Part shown: piece after piece, positions 35,028-44,600 of the stretch
Numbering within the stretch: position 1 is the first letter of the stretch
How the letters are laid out: each line of letters opens with the position of its first letter
Virus record (IMG/VR): IMGVR_UViG_3300033070_001454
Coordinates: 2,074 to 66,073 of that record
Reading direction: 5' to 3' (one strand)
DNA length: 64,000 nucleotides
Origin: a virus
Taxonomy: Duplodnaviria; Caudoviricetes
The notes under the pieces: generated by a model
Databases searched by the model: none
What the model was told of the DNA's origin: nothing
The model's input: only the letters and a program-made list of their open reading frames with translations
Program-made: the position numbers and the translations under genes

Positions 35028-36875
35028 ATGACACCAAAACACGCTTCCGACAAGTTCCAGCTGCTCGATGAGATCGAGCACTGTCTCCTGAGGCCAGGCA
35101 TGTTCATCGGATCCACGAAGCAGCACCCTTCCACGGAGTACCTGCTCCGCGATGGCAAGTTCGAGCGCATCGAGGTCCAACACGTCCCTGGACTCATGAA
35201 GATCTTCGACGAGATCATCACCAACTCGGTAGACGAGCACAAGCGCAGCAAGGGCCGGCTCAACTCGATCAAGGTCAAGATCGACCGATCGACCGGCGAG
35301 GTGACGATCCTCGACAACGGCGGGATCCCCGTGATCGAGCACTCGCAACACAAGGTGATGGTGCCCGAGCTCATCTTCTCGAACCTCAGGGCTGGCTCCA
35401 ACTTCGACGACAGTGAGAAGCGCCACGTGGCAGGCACACACGGGTACGGCTCCACGCTCACGAACATTTTCTCCTCACGCTTCTCGATCGACACCTGCGA
35501 TGGCCGCAACCGTTTCCGCCAGGTCTTCGAGAACAACATGCGGAACCGTAAGAAAGCTGTGGTCACACCAGACCACAGCAAGGGCTACACCGAGATCTCG
35601 TTCATCCCAGACTTCAAGCAGTTCGGGATGACGGGATGGGACGAGACCCACATCGAGCTCATCCGCAAGCGTTGCATCGACCTCGCGGCCTGCAACCTCG
35701 GCCTCCAGATCCGCTTCGAGGACGAGAAGTTCAAGTTCACCAGCTTCAAGCAGTACGCCGAGCTCTACGTCGATCAGGCGTTCTTCGACGAGGACGACCG
35801 TTGGCAGATCGCATTCGGCCACTCAAAAGATGGACACCAAGTGGTCTCATTCGCCAACTCGGCGGAGACCAAGGAAGGCGGACGGCACGTCGACTACATC
35901 GTCTCACAGATGGTCGAGCAGGTGCGCGAGATGATCCGCAAGAAGCACAAGGTCGAAGTCAAGCCAGCGGAGATCCGCAACCACATGTTCGTGGTCATGA
36001 GCGCGGTCATCGACAACCCTTCGTTCTCCTCACAGACCAAAGAGAAGCTCGTCACCGAGACGAAGGACTTCGGCACCACGTTCGAGGTGACACAGAAGCT
36101 CGCCAAGCAGGTCTTCGGCTCGGAGATCATCCAATCGATCCTCGACTGGATCCAACAGAAGCAGGACGCCGAGGAGCGCGCTGCACTCCGCAAGCTCAAT
36201 GCGAACCTCACCGGATCCAAGGTCGAAGGGCTCATCGATGCGAAGGGCAGGGATCGGAAGAACTGCTCTCTCGGCATCTTCGAGGGAATGTCGGCGCTCA
36301 ATGGTGTCAGGCCAGTCCGAGACGCCAACACCTTCGGTGCCTTCCCACTGAGAGGCAAGTTCATCAACATCTCGGAGATGAGGCCAGCCGAGATCATCCA
36401 GAACCAAGAAGCCGTCAAGCTGATGGCTTCCATCGGCCTCAAACTCGGAGAGGAACCCAATGACCTCCGCTATGGCAAGATCATCATCTACACTGATGCC
36501 GACGTGGATGGCCAATCCATCTTCTGCCTGTTGCTCAACTTCTTCGCCAGGTTCTGGCCAGAGCTCTTCGACAAGGGCTTGATCTACCGAGCGATGACAC
36601 CGTTGGTGGTAGCGAAGAAGGGCGACAAGTCGCTCAACTTCTACACCGACGCGGAGTTCAGGGAGTGGCTCGGCGCGGAGAGGAAAGGATGGGAGCTCGA
36701 GTACAAAAAAGGACTTGGCAGCTTGGAGGACCCAGAATTTGATGCGATCATTAACAACCCAGTGTTGGTTCGCATTGATAAGGACGACTTCTACAAGCAA
36801 TCACTCGAAGCTTGGTTCGGCAATGATTCGACCCCACGCAAGGAACGCATGTTGCGCCAAGAGGAAACCGTATGA
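35028..36875 (+). CDS. gp39: Type II DNA topoisomerase ATPase/TOPRIM subunit (gp39+gp60, GyrB/ParE-like)
   Basis: EHCLLRPGMFIGS, EIITNSVDE, DNGGIP, GTHGYGS, EGMSA, FPLRGK, TDADVDG, YKKGLGS. Confidence 0.95.
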   Translation: MTPKHASDKFQLLDEIEHCLLRPGMFIGSTKQHPSTEYLLRDGKFERIEVQHVPGLMKIFDEIITNSVDEHKRSKGRLNSIKVKIDRSTGEVTILDNGGIPVIEHSQHKVMVPELIFSNLRAGSNFDDSEKRHVAGTHGYGSTLTNIFSSRFSIDTCDGRNRFRQVFENNMRNRKKAVVTPDHSKGYTEISFIPDFKQFGMTGWDETHIELIRKRCIDLAACNLGLQIRFEDEKFKFTSFKQYAELYVDQAFFDEDDRWQIAFGHSKDGHQVVSFANSAETKEGGRHVDYIVSQMVEQVREMIRKKHKVEVKPAEIRNHMFVVMSAVIDNPSFSSQTKEKLVTETKDFGTTFEVTQKLAKQVFGSEIIQSILDWIQQKQDAEERAALRKLNANLTGSKVEGLIDAKGRDRKNCSLGIFEGMSALNGVRPVRDANTFGAFPLRGKFINISEMRPAEIIQNQEAVKLMASIGLKLGEEPNDLRYGKIIIYTDADVDGQSIFCLLLNFFARFWPELFDKGLIYRAMTPLVVAKKGDKSLNFYTDAEFREWLGAERKGWELEYKKGLGSLEDPEFDAIINNPVLVRIDKDDFYKQSLEAWFGNDSTPRKERMLRQEETV

Positions 36876-37147
36876 CAATGGAACAGCGCATAACAGAGGC
36901 TCTGTTGCCCATCACTGGCCAGATCCCGATGCCACCGGTCAAACTCCAGAGGCTCCCATTCGAGTGGCTAGTCGCCCAATTGACCTTGGCACAGGAGAGC
37001 GACGAGTGCGGTTCCTGGTGGTTCAGCTTGTCAGGCGATGCCAAGGCAGCCATCGTTTGCTCGGTGCCAGTGTGCGAGGGAACGATCGATCAACATCTTA
37101 GGCGCTGTCGGATCGCAGTCGAATCGGTTCAACGAATAGCATCATGA
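36872..37147 (+). CDS. Hypothetical protein between the topoisomerase subunit genes
   Basis: ATGA overlaps at both ends. Confidence 0.55.
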   Translation: MTMEQRITEALLPITGQIPMPPVKLQRLPFEWLVAQLTLAQESDECGSWWFSLSGDAKAAIVCSVPVCEGTIDQHLRRCRIAVESVQRIAS

Positions 37148-37551
37148 AGACACAGGATCTAGCAGCAGGAATGAGAGTCAGCACCAGATCGAATCTTCTC
37201 AGGGCCAATTCCAGTCTGGCCGGCTATTACAAGTACCATGGTGGTAGCCCAGAACGAGTAGATTACAACTACCGGGAGACTCCATACAAAAGGATCACGC
37301 CCGAGAGCCTGAGGTTGATGCGCCATGCGTATGATCGCTTGGAGCAATTCACCCGCATGCCGAAATCGTTCACTGTGCTACATCGGAATGCTAATTCGGT
37401 GGCCATCATCACTGATGAACCGCTCTACTATGGAGCTGTGCCGGTTGATGTCAACGGAACAGCGTTGGCCAGCGTCGAAACCGAGATCAGGACCCTCACG
37501 ATACCATTCAACATAAACAGCAGCGTCGAGTGGGACCTCGTGTCCGACTAA
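37144..37551 (+). CDS. Hypothetical protein
   Basis: ATGA overlap; fills the gap to the gp52 promoter. Confidence 0.55.
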   Translation: MKTQDLAAGMRVSTRSNLLRANSSLAGYYKYHGGSPERVDYNYRETPYKRITPESLRLMRHAYDRLEQFTRMPKSFTVLHRNANSVAIITDEPLYYGAVPVDVNGTALASVETEIRTLTIPFNINSSVEWDLVSD

Positions 37552-37556
37552 AGTGT

Positions 37557-37564
37557 TATGTTTG
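37557..37564 (+). promoter_or_regulatory. Bacteroidota-type -7 element (TATGTTTG followed by CA)
   Basis: 10 nt before gp52 ATG 37575. Confidence 0.7.
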
Positions 37565-37574
37565 CACCATCCAC

Positions 37575-38909
37575 ATGAAGCAACACAAGAGCATCTCAGA
37601 GGCCCTGGACACCGAGTACAAGGAGTATGCTTTGTACACTATCCAGAACCGGGCCATCCCATCCGTGATCGACGGGTTCAAACCGACCCAACGCAAGGCC
37701 ATCTACACGGCCACCCAGGTCTGGAAGAACGGCAACGAGAAACCGATCCGTGTTGGCCAATTCGCTGGCCGTATGGCTGCCGATTGCGCCTACCACCACG
37801 GCGACGCATCTTCCGCCATCGCTGGCCTTGCACAGACGTTCAAGAACAGCATGCCGCTCCTCGAGGACCTCGGCCAGTTCGGTACCCTTCGATCGCCTGA
37901 GCACAGCGCCCCAAGGTACATCAGCACGAGGCTCTCGAAGAACTTCAAGCTCCTCTACAAGGACCATGACCTGACCGAGCCCAAGTTCGAGGATGGGCTT
38001 CAAATCGAACCCAAGTTCATGCTGCCGATAGTCCCAGCTGTGCTGCTGAACGGCTCATCTGGCATTGCAGTCGGTTTCTCCACGAACATCCTCAACCGGG
38101 ATCCCAAGGTTCTCATCGAGTCTTGCCTCTCTGTCCTCAACGGCAAGCGGTTCATCGATCCGCTCCCTTGGTGGCGCAACTGGAATGGCATCGTTGAGAA
38201 GACGGGCCCCAGCTCCTTCAGCCTCGCTGGCCTCTGGCGCCAGAAGGACACGAGCACAATCGAGATCACGGAACTCCCGCCCTCGATGACCTACGTCAAG
38301 TTCGAGGCGGTGCTCGAGAAGCTGATCGAACGCGGCACAATCAAGTCGTACGAGGACAACTGTGCGAAGTCGATCCACTACACGATCAAGCTCCCACGCG
38401 AGACGCTCCGCGATCTCATGGCCGAAGGCAAGGTCGAGCAGACCTTCAAGCTCGTCGAGAACGAGACGGAGAACCTCACGTGCATGGACGAGAACGACAG
38501 CCTGATCGAGTTCGACACCACCGAGGAGATCGTCAGGTACTTCATCGACTTCCGGCTCAAGTACTACGACAAGCGCAAGGCGCTCATCATCTCGAAGCTC
38601 ACGGACAGGATCTCGTACCTGAGCAACCGTGCAAGGTTCATCAAGATGATCATGGACGGCGAGCTCAAGATCAACAAGCGCGCCAAGGCCGATGTGCTCG
38701 CAGACGTGGAACGGCTCAAGTTCAGCAAGCACAACGACAGCTACAACTTCCTGCTCGACATGCCCATCCACTCCTTCACCAAGGAGACCTACGAATCGTT
38801 GCTGAACGAGGTGACCGAGACCAAGACCGAGCTCGACGTCATGAAAGGAACGGAGCCCATCGACATGTACCGCACTGACTTAAAGAGCTTGCTTCACAGC
38901 CTCAAGTAG
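37575..38909 (+). CDS. gp52: Type II DNA topoisomerase breakage-reunion subunit (gp52, GyrA/ParC-like)
   Basis: RAIPSVIDGFKPTQRK, YHHGDAS, GQFG, APRY (catalytic Tyr), LLNGSSGIAVGFST. Confidence 0.95.
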   Translation: MKQHKSISEALDTEYKEYALYTIQNRAIPSVIDGFKPTQRKAIYTATQVWKNGNEKPIRVGQFAGRMAADCAYHHGDASSAIAGLAQTFKNSMPLLEDLGQFGTLRSPEHSAPRYISTRLSKNFKLLYKDHDLTEPKFEDGLQIEPKFMLPIVPAVLLNGSSGIAVGFSTNILNRDPKVLIESCLSVLNGKRFIDPLPWWRNWNGIVEKTGPSSFSLAGLWRQKDTSTIEITELPPSMTYVKFEAVLEKLIERGTIKSYEDNCAKSIHYTIKLPRETLRDLMAEGKVEQTFKLVENETENLTCMDENDSLIEFDTTEEIVRYFIDFRLKYYDKRKALIISKLTDRISYLSNRARFIKMIMDGELKINKRAKADVLADVERLKFSKHNDSYNFLLDMPIHSFTKETYESLLNEVTETKTELDVMKGTEPIDMYRTDLKSLLHSLK

Positions 38910-39437
38910 TTTGAGGATTCGTTTGATCTTCTTAGTCTGTGAGATTTTAGCTTTCACTGCTTCAGATCTAGGTTTACCGGTAATAGCGTTAAGCAGTTTC
39001 TGCTTGTGTTCCGGATCCATTTTTCTTCCGGTGTGTCTAGCGATACTTGCCGAGATCAATTTCTTGAGGTGGTCTGGGCTTAACACCTTTCCTTTGGCCG
39101 CGGCAGAAATCTTAGCTTTAGCTTCATTGGTATGTTGAAATCGGACTCCTATCCGTCCAGTTACACCTTCTCCACCATCGGTCATGTTCACAAGAGTTCC
39201 AGTTCCAAGATCCCTGCGTCCATATTGAGCTATGAGTCGTCGTTCGAGCTCGTTAGCTTCTGACTCCTTCAATCCCTTTTTGACGATCGATACTCCAACC
39301 CCATGTTTCTTGGCTACCGAATGCCAGAACTTGGAACGCTTCTTCATGTCTCGAGCTCTGTTTCGGATTCCCTTCCCAACATAGAAAACGATTCCATCGT
39401 CGGCTCGAAAGTGAATATAGACACAATGGTTTCCCAT
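38880..39437 (-). CDS. GIY-YIG/NUMOD3 homing endonuclease on the opposite strand
   Basis: CVYIH...FYVGKG..RA, GRRDLGTGTLVNMTDGGEG; overlaps the gp52 3' end by 30 nt. Confidence 0.85.
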   Translation of the reverse strand: MGNHCVYIHFRADDGIVFYVGKGIRNRARDMKKRSKFWHSVAKKHGVGVSIVKKGLKESEANELERRLIAQYGRRDLGTGTLVNMTDGGEGVTGRIGVRFQHTNEAKAKISAAAKGKVLSPDHLKKLISASIARHTGRKMDPEHKQKLLNAITGKPRSEAVKAKISQTKKIKRILKLLEAVKQAL

Positions 39438-39441
39438 AGGC

Positions 39442-39448
39442 TATCTAA
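39442..39448 (-). promoter_or_regulatory. Putative late promoter variant (TTAGATA, minus strand)
   Basis: 4 nt before the minus-strand ATG of the endonuclease; one mismatch to ATANATA. Confidence 0.45.
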
Positions 39449-39473
39449 TTGATCCTGGCAAACGCTGAACCCG

Positions 39474-39497
39474 ACGCCTGATGTTCGCATCAGGCGT
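39474..39497. promoter_or_regulatory. Perfect 10-bp stem-loop with TTCG loop between divergent genes
   Basis: ACGCCTGATG-TTCG-CATCAGGCGT. Confidence 0.7.
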
Positions 39498-39514
39498 TCT
39501 GGCATAGGAGAGCC

Positions 39515-39628
39515 ATGGTACTTTTCGAGATCATCATCCCGATCGTGCTGACGCTCATCATGTTCAGGGCCATGGAGTGTAGCATGAACAACAAGACCTT
39601 CTGGACTGGCAAGCCTGAGAAGCGATGA
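39515..39628 (+). CDS. Small membrane peptide (37 aa)
   Basis: MVLFEIIIPIVLTLIMFRAMECSMNNKTFWTGKPEKR; AGGAG upstream; ATGA overlap downstream. Confidence 0.55.
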   Translation: MVLFEIIIPIVLTLIMFRAMECSMNNKTFWTGKPEKR

Positions 39629-40038
39629 AGCCTCACGTCTCACACGCCGAACACATGTGTGTTGGAATGGCAGAAGAAGTCCATGAAGCGGTCAAATCGT
39701 TGGCTGGAACGAGGTGGCAGGTCTATGAGTTCGGTAGCGGCAACAGCCCTTTCATCCTCCATGGGAAGAGCTTTGAGCCCGAACCAGAGGAGATCAAACG
39801 GCCGTTCTTTTCCGAGACCATCGTCCACCGATCGGGCGATGCATCGGTGCGAATCAGGGCGGTGAGGTATCCGGACATGGACACCTCGGGGGTGCATTCC
39901 AGCGTGCTCTTCGTGTACATCACCTACTTCGACGGCTACATGATCCATTCGAAGGAAGGCCTGTTCCGAGCCGAATCGCTGCGTTTCATCTTTGACATCG
40001 ATCTGGGCGAGCGTTACCTTGGGTCGATTGCACAGTGA
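39625..40038 (+). CDS. Hypothetical protein
   Basis: Overlap-coupled ORF. Confidence 0.55.
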   Translation: MKPHVSHAEHMCVGMAEEVHEAVKSLAGTRWQVYEFGSGNSPFILHGKSFEPEPEEIKRPFFSETIVHRSGDASVRIRAVRYPDMDTSGVHSSVLFVYITYFDGYMIHSKEGLFRAESLRFIFDIDLGERYLGSIAQ

Positions 40039-40265
40039 TGGAAGCCGATGCACTGCTATCCAGGGTGTCGTCGCACCTGATGGATTGGTTCTGGTCCGAG
40101 GATGAGAAGCCGCAACACATCTCGATCCTTGACGCATGGCACATCGTCGAGGCCAAGCGGAAGTGCATCGAGAACGAAGCAGCGTTGAAGCGCTCTTTGG
40201 ATAGGTTCGAACGGCTCATCCAGATGCCAACTGTCCCGTTGACGATACATACGACTCCATGCTAG
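40038..40265 (+). CDS. Hypothetical protein
   Basis: TGATG overlap. Confidence 0.5.
   Translation: MEADALLSRVSSHLMDWFWSEDEKPQHISILDAWHIVEAKRKCIENEAALKRSLDRFERLIQMPTVPLTIHTTPC
40244..40251 (+). promoter_or_regulatory. Putative late promoter (GATACATA)
   Basis: Upstream of the gp26-like gene. Confidence 0.6.
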
Positions 40266-40346
40266 CCGGAAACGAGTTATCGGCCACCGCCACCTCCTAT
40301 CGGAGGCATAAGAATGCGGAACGAGCCGAAACAAAGACAGTTTTGA

Positions 40347-41345
40347 ATGACAGACAGCATGGAATCCGCTATGAGCTCTGACCTCGAACAGAGGGAGCAC
40401 AAAGCAACGCAACCCACACAGGCTACGCCACCGGCTCAGCCAGCACCTCCGATCCCCGATAAGCCGAGGTCGTTGGGTACGGCCTCCCACATGAGGGATG
40501 TGGAAGCCAACGATGGGCCAGGTGTGCCGCATGGCTACATGGAGATCTTCCCTGACGCGTTCCCTACGCAGGGCCTCTTCTATCCATCGAACACGAGGTT
40601 CTTCGTTCGGGCCGCGACGGTCGAGGCGATAAGGCACTTCTCCACGATCGATGAGACATCTCCGTTCTCTGTGAACGAGGGCCTGATCGATGTGATCAAG
40701 ATGTGCTTGCTCATCAAGACGCAAGGCAAGCCACTCACCTACAAGGACATCAAGGACGATGATCGCATCCACATCATCCTAGCGATCCGTGAGGTCACCT
40801 TTGTCAGGGGAGAGAACAAGCTCGCCGTCAAGGTTGAATGCAGCTGTGGAAAGGAGAATGAGATCGAGGTGAGGAACTCGTCTTTCCGTCGAGCGGATCC
40901 AGTCGATGAGATCATGCGCTACTACGATGAGAATGGCAAGAGGTTCGTCTTCAAGACGAAGTCCTTCGGCGACATCATCATCACACCGCCTTCAATCGGC
41001 ATCGCAACGATCGTGACCGATTACATCCAGAAGCTAGGCGCTGAGGGCAAGACCAAGGCCAAGCAGATGGACATGTCCTTCATCAAGATGCTGCCCTTCC
41101 TGGTCCAGGATTACCGCATGACTGACGAGAAGGCGATCAAGCGGATGCACGTGGAATTCCTGAGCTGGGGCCCAGAGAAGTTCCAGTTCATGAACGCCCT
41201 CGTCGAGAAGATCAGGCTAGGGGTGAAGGAGACCCTATTCTCCAGTTGTGAACAGTGTGGTGAGGAGATCACCACTCCGGTCACGTTTCCCGGAGGAATC
41301 CGCTCTCTTTTCGTTGTTTCAGATCTCTCTGGAGAACTCATTTAA
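40347..41345 (+). CDS. Baseplate hub/tail assembly protein (T4 gp26-like)
   Basis: LP.QG.FY-like N-core, DRIHIILAIRE.T, CSCG, C-terminal CEQC..E...P....GGIRSLF; precedes the tape measure gene. Confidence 0.7.
   Translation: MTDSMESAMSSDLEQREHKATQPTQATPPAQPAPPIPDKPRSLGTASHMRDVEANDGPGVPHGYMEIFPDAFPTQGLFYPSNTRFFVRAATVEAIRHFSTIDETSPFSVNEGLIDVIKMCLLIKTQGKPLTYKDIKDDDRIHIILAIREVTFVRGENKLAVKVECSCGKENEIEVRNSSFRRADPVDEIMRYYDENGKRFVFKTKSFGDIIITPPSIGIATIVTDYIQKLGAEGKTKAKQMDMSFIKMLPFLVQDYRMTDEKAIKRMHVEFLSWGPEKFQFMNALVEKIRLGVKETLFSSCEQCGEEITTPVTFPGGIRSLFVVSDLSGELI
41305..41312 (+). other. Candidate -2 slippery site CT-CTT-TTC
   Basis: Zero-frame CTT TTC re-pairs as CTC TTT after a -2 slip, entering the gp51-like frame; GGAGG ends 10 nt upstream of the CTT codon. 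Confidence 0.45.
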
Positions 41346-41604
41346 GAACGACGTCTACCTCGGCTACCACAACCGGTTGCAGCCGTCGGAGATCGAGCGG
41401 ATGCCGTACTACAAGTACGAGTACTATGTGCAGCACCTGAGCACCCTGCTGCAGGAGAAGAAGGAGGCCGAGGAAGGGCAATCCAAGTCCTACCAACAGG
41501 ACCAACCTTCGATAAATAAGACGATGGCAGACGCAAGGCGAATGATGCCGTCCATGGGTTCGATGCCAAAATTCCCTGGGATGCCTTCAGGGTTCAAAAT
41601 CTGA
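41314..41604 (+). CDS. gp51-like/gpT-like tail assembly chaperone (TTG start, or C-terminus of a frameshift product)
   Basis: FQISLENSFK...LQPSEIERMPYYKYEYYVQHL..LLQE resembles gp51-like small chaperones. Confidence 0.6.
   Translation: MFQISLENSFKNDVYLGYHNRLQPSEIERMPYYKYEYYVQHLSTLLQEKKEAEEGQSKSYQQDQPSINKTMADARRMMPSMGSMPKFPGMPSGFKI
41511..41518 (+). promoter_or_regulatory. Putative late promoter (GATAAATA)
   Basis: Closest match to T4 TATAAATA; upstream of the tape measure gene. Confidence 0.6.
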
Positions 41605-41612
41605 CCTGATGG

Positions 41613-44600
41613 GTGGCCGGACCAAAGAAACAGGGTAGCTCAATTGACACGCTCCAGTCGGTCCTAGATCGGCTGGAGCGTATGGTCAATTACGCGGCGG
41701 ACGCTTCTGACGAATCCGCCAGAATGTTGGGGTCGATCGAGACGCAGATCAGGACCTCAGTGACGAGCGAACTCCGAAAGCAGTCCAAGATCCTCTCGAG
41801 CATCGAATCGAGGCTCGCCAAGCTCTCGTTCGACGCAGGTTACAAGGCGATCGCCGGTGAGCTGGCCTTCATGGCCAAGTCCCAGACTGAGATGGCCCAA
41901 GGCATCGACCGAAGGTTGGATGCCCAGAATTTGGCCATGGGCGCAATGAAAGCTGGGCAAGATGCGTATCATTCGCTATCGTTCGACCAAAACCAGGAGC
42001 AAACTGGCATCCTCAAGGGCATACTGGGCGCCCAACTCTCTGCGAAGGAATCCCTGGTAGCCATAGAGCGGAAGGACGAGAGGCCCATCGTCAAGACGCT
42101 GACCGAGTGGTTGGCCTCGGAGTTCAAGGAGACTAAGGCCTTCCAATCAGCGGCCATCGGCCAGCTGAGATCTATCCTGGAGGCCACCAAATCCAAGGGC
42201 GAGGGATGGGGTGAGCTGACTCTCAGCGAGCTCATCGAGCACGGCGCCACACTGAAGAACATACTCGGTGAGATCGGCCTGATGAGGAAGGCCGCCGAGG
42301 ATTCTAAAGGGAAGGACCTCAGTCAGGGCCTCAATTCGGTCATCGACGACACCAAGGCCATCAGGGTCTTCCTCGAATCGATCGAGAGCAAGCTCCAAGC
42401 CCAGACCGATGCGTTCAAATCCGCGTTCCAGGGCAAGTCCAACGAGGAGATGGCCAAGAAGCGCATAAGCGCGAAGGATGCCAGCAAATTCACCAAGGCG
42501 TTCGGAGCCCTGGCAGATGAGATCACCAACCTATTGGACGTTGTCGATGCCGCCGGCCAGAGTGGAGAGAACGTCAAGAAATTCCTGGTCTCGATAGCCG
42601 ACGGCGTGGTCGAGTTCTCGGAGAAAGTCGATCCGAAGAAGATGTCAGAGGTCAGGTCGATGCTGATCTCGTTCTCGAAGTTCGCGCTGGTCTGGGGCAT
42701 CATGTTCTCGGCTGCCATCCCTTCGTTGGCTCTGAGTGTGAGGGGCGCGACCCTCTTCTCCACTGCGATCTCAGCGATGATGGAGGGCCTCAAGGCCGTC
42801 GAACAGGACAAGGTCGAATCGGCAAGGCAAGTCGTCTCGCTAGGAAACCTGGCGGCCCTGTTCGGAGCAAGCTTGACACTGTTCTTCCTCACCGGCAAGG
42901 AATCCATCGCTGGGGCCCAGATGTTCGTCTCAGCGTTGGAGACACTGACGAAGGGCCTCCAAGACGCGAGGGATCCTAAGGCGATTGAGTACGCCGAGCA
43001 GGTAGTCGCGTTGGCCCACAGGTCAGTGATGTTTGGGGTGACCCTTTCGCTGTACAACAAGGTCTCCAAGGGAGCGGTGTCGGGCGTCAACGCCTATGCC
43101 AACTCGCTCGATCTCCTGATGTCGGTGATCCAGGAGGGCAAGGATCCCAAGGGAATCGAGTACGCGGAGAGGATCATCAAGCTGGCCCATAAGGCTGTGC
43201 TGTTCGGAGCTGCGTTGGCCATCTACAACAAGGTAGCCAAGGAATCCAGTTCTGGCGCCGAGCAGTTCGGATCGGCCCTCAAGAAGCTGATCGAATCGGT
43301 CCAGAATGGAAAGGATCCGAAGAGCATCGAGCACGCGGAGAGAGCGATAGAGCTGGCCAACCATGCGATCTCGTTCGGGCTGAGGATGTCGATCCTCAAC
43401 AGGATGGGATCGTCCGTCTCCTCTGGCACCGAACTCTACGTCAAGACGCTGTCCATGCTCGTGGACGGCCTCTCTTCGGCCAAGGATCCTGGCTCGTTGA
43501 AAGCGGCGGAGACTGCGTTGGGCCTCGCTAACCGCTCACTCGCATTCGGCATGTCGATGGTTGCCTTCGCTGCCATCGGAAAGGCCGCATCGCTCGGCTC
43601 TGACATGTTCGTCAGGTCGCTCAACTCCTTGTTGGATGGACTATCCGAAGCGAAGGATCCGAAGGTCATCGAGCATGCGGAGCGATTAGTGGCTTTAGGC
43701 CGCAGTTCGCTCCTGTTCGGCCTCAGCCTTGCTGCCTTCGCGGTCATCTCTCCGTTGGCCCTGATCGGCGCTCTCACCTTCACACTTTCCATAAAGGCCC
43801 TCATCCTCTCGTTGGACAGCGTCGACAAGGACAAGGTCGACAACATCAAGAACCTGATGACCCTGACTAGGGGCATCCTTTGGTTCGCTGCCTCGTTGGC
43901 CATCACTTCCCTGGTGTGGGATAAGGTCCTGCTTGGTGCCTTGGTCTTCTCTGGCACGATCATGCTGTTGGGCTTGGCGCTCGATTTCCTCGATGGCAGA
44001 GACATCAACAAGGGCATCGGCTCGCTCTACAAGCTGTCGTTGGGAATCGTCGCGTTGGGGCTTGGGATGCTGGCCTTCTACGTCCTAGCGCCTCCTGAAG
44101 TGGCTCTCCAGGTGATCCTCTCGGTCGGAGCGATGGCACTCACCTTTGCGGTGGTTGGCGAGTTCTCAGAGGACATCGGTCAAGGTGCGATCGCTATGGC
44201 CCTTGTGGCTGGAAGCTTGCTCTTCGTCACGATCTCCATGTTGATCTTCAAGGCGACAGGGCTTGGGATGGAGGATGGCTTCAACATCGCCGTCACCGTT
44301 GGGTTGTTGGCGCTTCCATTCATGCTTGCTGGCATCGAACCGATCGCAGAGTGGATCGTCGACGGAGCCATCACCCTTGCGATAGCAGCAGTTGCGCTAT
44401 CCGCGATCTCGATCGGGTTGCTCATCTTCAAGGCGTCCGAGTTCACCGTTGACGATGGGCACACGCTCGCCGCGACGATCGGTGGCATGGGCCTCGTGTT
44501 CGCTTTGGTAGGCATCCCAGTCGTGGCGATCGCCATCATCCTAGGTTCCATCGCGCTCGCTGTGGCTGGCATCTCATTGGGAATCATCTCGCTCGGGATG

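Noticed and set aside
5739-38909. Introns or inteins in portal, capsid, terminase, sheath or topoisomerase genes
   Set aside because: Frames are continuous, with no intein C/S...HN-C/S/T blocks or embedded endonuclease motifs; the sheath's extra length is a low-complexity insertion
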